Of a stretch of DNA of 28,154 nucleotides, positions 27,150-28,154 are shown piece after piece. Source of the stretch: Pseudobacteriovorax sp. (GTDB lineage: Bacteria > Bdellovibrionota_B > Oligoflexia > Oligoflexales > Oligoflexaceae); NCBI GenBank assembly GCA_050293845.1, contig JBNKNM010000054.1, positions 1 through 28,154 of the forward strand, written 5' to 3'. Both the position numbers and the translations under genes were made by a program. Each line of letters starts with the position of its first letter. Positions within the stretch are counted from its first letter, which is position 1. Below the pieces are notes generated by a model. That model saw only the letters and a list, made by a program, of their open reading frames with translations, searched no databases and had not been told where the DNA came from.

Positions 27150-27181
27150 GTCATGCTAAGCAAAAGCCTGTCATGCTAAGC
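27150..27181 (+). repeat. Direct repeat GTCATGCTAAGC x2 (period 20), with a partial third copy at 28086-28096
   Basis: Exact 12-mers at 27150-27161 and 27170-27181; CATGCTAAGCA at 28086-28096. Confidence 0.6.
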
Positions 27182-27280
27182 GTGGCGAAGTATTTAGCCC
27201 CTATAAGTAAGGTTTCATAAAGCTAACATAATGCAGTAAGCGATAAGTTTTTCAAATTCCGCATAGCATGAGGTTGATTT

Positions 27281-27688
27281 TTGGTAAATAAGTCTACAGT
27301 TCTAATTGGTCGAATCATTTCCATATATCTCATCACTACGAGCCTTGGATTTTTGATATCAGCTGATTATTATAGCAAAATGGTAGCGACGAAAAACAGT
27401 GACCCCATTTTAGTAAACCTGTCGGGTATGACTCATTTTTTAATTGGGATGTCCGTAATGGTCTTTCATTTTAAATGGAAAAAGTTTGTCGAAATATTGG
27501 TTAGTTTATTGGGGGTTTTCTATTTATTAAAAGGAGCATTCTTAATTGTTTTGCCGGAATTTACCCTAACGACTAGCAATAATGAGGTTCAAGCTAACCT
27601 GGGGGGATCTGCTGTTGGTTTCCTAATTTATGGGGCTATAACGGCCTACCTAACTTGGTTTAGATATGCCAAAGCATTAAGGAGCTAA
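27281..27688 (+). CDS. Hypothetical membrane protein (about 4 TM helices)
   Basis: Four hydrophobic segments, H..W...EILVSLLG...LLKG...IVLP pattern; GAGGT RBS before the TTG start. Confidence 0.75.
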   Translation: MVNKSTVLIGRIISIYLITTSLGFLISADYYSKMVATKNSDPILVNLSGMTHFLIGMSVMVFHFKWKKFVEILVSLLGVFYLLKGAFLIVLPEFTLTTSNNEVQANLGGSAVGFLIYGAITAYLTWFRYAKALRS

Positions 27689-27853
27689 AGTTAGCACGGG
27701 TAAAGTCACGAAGGGGTAGAAATTTTTCTAAATAAATTTTGTAACCCTAACCAAACTCCGGCACCTGACCCCTCGACTCCCTCTGGATCATCGACAGGTT
27801 AGCTAGCTTGTACTTTTCGCCCAGTTCTCAAAAAATGGTTTGTTGCTAGATTT

Positions 27854-28039
27854 TCAGCCTTTGGTCTCACTCTTGCTTCCCAAAATCGCTGATAGTATCA
27901 AACCCACACCCAAACCAGATAAAAGGGAACCAACAAAAGCCAAAGCTGAATCAGGTAAAAAGAAAAATCCGACTCCGACCCCTGTAATTACTCCTCCACC
28001 GATGGCCCAGTTACTTTTATCCGTATTTTTATTTTCCAT
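27854..28039 (-). CDS. Small Gly-rich membrane protein (2 TM helices)
   Basis: WAIGGGVITGVGVGFFF and GSLLSGLGVGLILSAIL glycine-zipper-like helices; AAGGA RBS before the ATG at 28039. Confidence 0.7.
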   Translation of the reverse strand: MENKNTDKSNWAIGGGVITGVGVGFFFLPDSALAFVGSLLSGLGVGLILSAILGSKSETKG

Positions 28040-28154
28040 TGGCTGTTCCTTCAAAGTGTCTTGTTGTCGGAATCCAAATCATTAGCATGCTAAGCAGGCA
28101 CCAACTGCATTGACTATTTTCACATACCCTTTGCCGATGCAACATAAACACGTT

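Noticed and set aside
27840..28085. 81-aa plus-strand ORF
   Set aside because: Antisense shadow of the small Gly-rich membrane protein, which has the RBS and a coherent hydrophobic pattern.

Overview
Bacterial genomic window, mostly AT-rich, with no rRNA, tRNA, CRISPR array or intact transposase. From left to right it holds: the 3' end of an unknown gene; a small membrane protein; a complete six-gene glycerol-type ABC importer (glpV-S-T-P-Q-U) without glpK/glpD/glpR; and then a patchwork of unrelated single genes of differing base composition. The patchwork comprises a TfoX_N protein, a secreted CE6/SASA esterase, a GC-rich 1,514-aa secreted multidomain protein (LVIVD propeller, Ig-like, two F5/8C, PKD, YVTN propeller, di-haem peroxidase-like domain), DUF3052, a hemerythrin-like protein, a 5'-truncated GH27 alpha-galactosidase/ricin remnant, a DedA/VTT-flavoprotein disulfide reductase fusion, an acetyl-CoA hydrolase/transferase, two GH130-like genes carrying three catalytic propellers, an orphan lipoprotein and two small membrane proteins. 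The most striking non-coding signal is at about 13788-14120 on the minus strand. There a near-consensus sigma70 promoter and a boxA-like motif precede a ~230-nt structured RNA that ends in an IS200/IS605 right end (GAAT-hairpin-TCAA). This is a candidate stand-alone TnpB-type omegaRNA/guide unit with no tnpA or tnpB nearby. Its putative guide recurs twice within the unit, and a second degenerate right-end copy faces the opposite way at about 15154-15199. All family assignments come from motif recognition by eye; no database searches were run.
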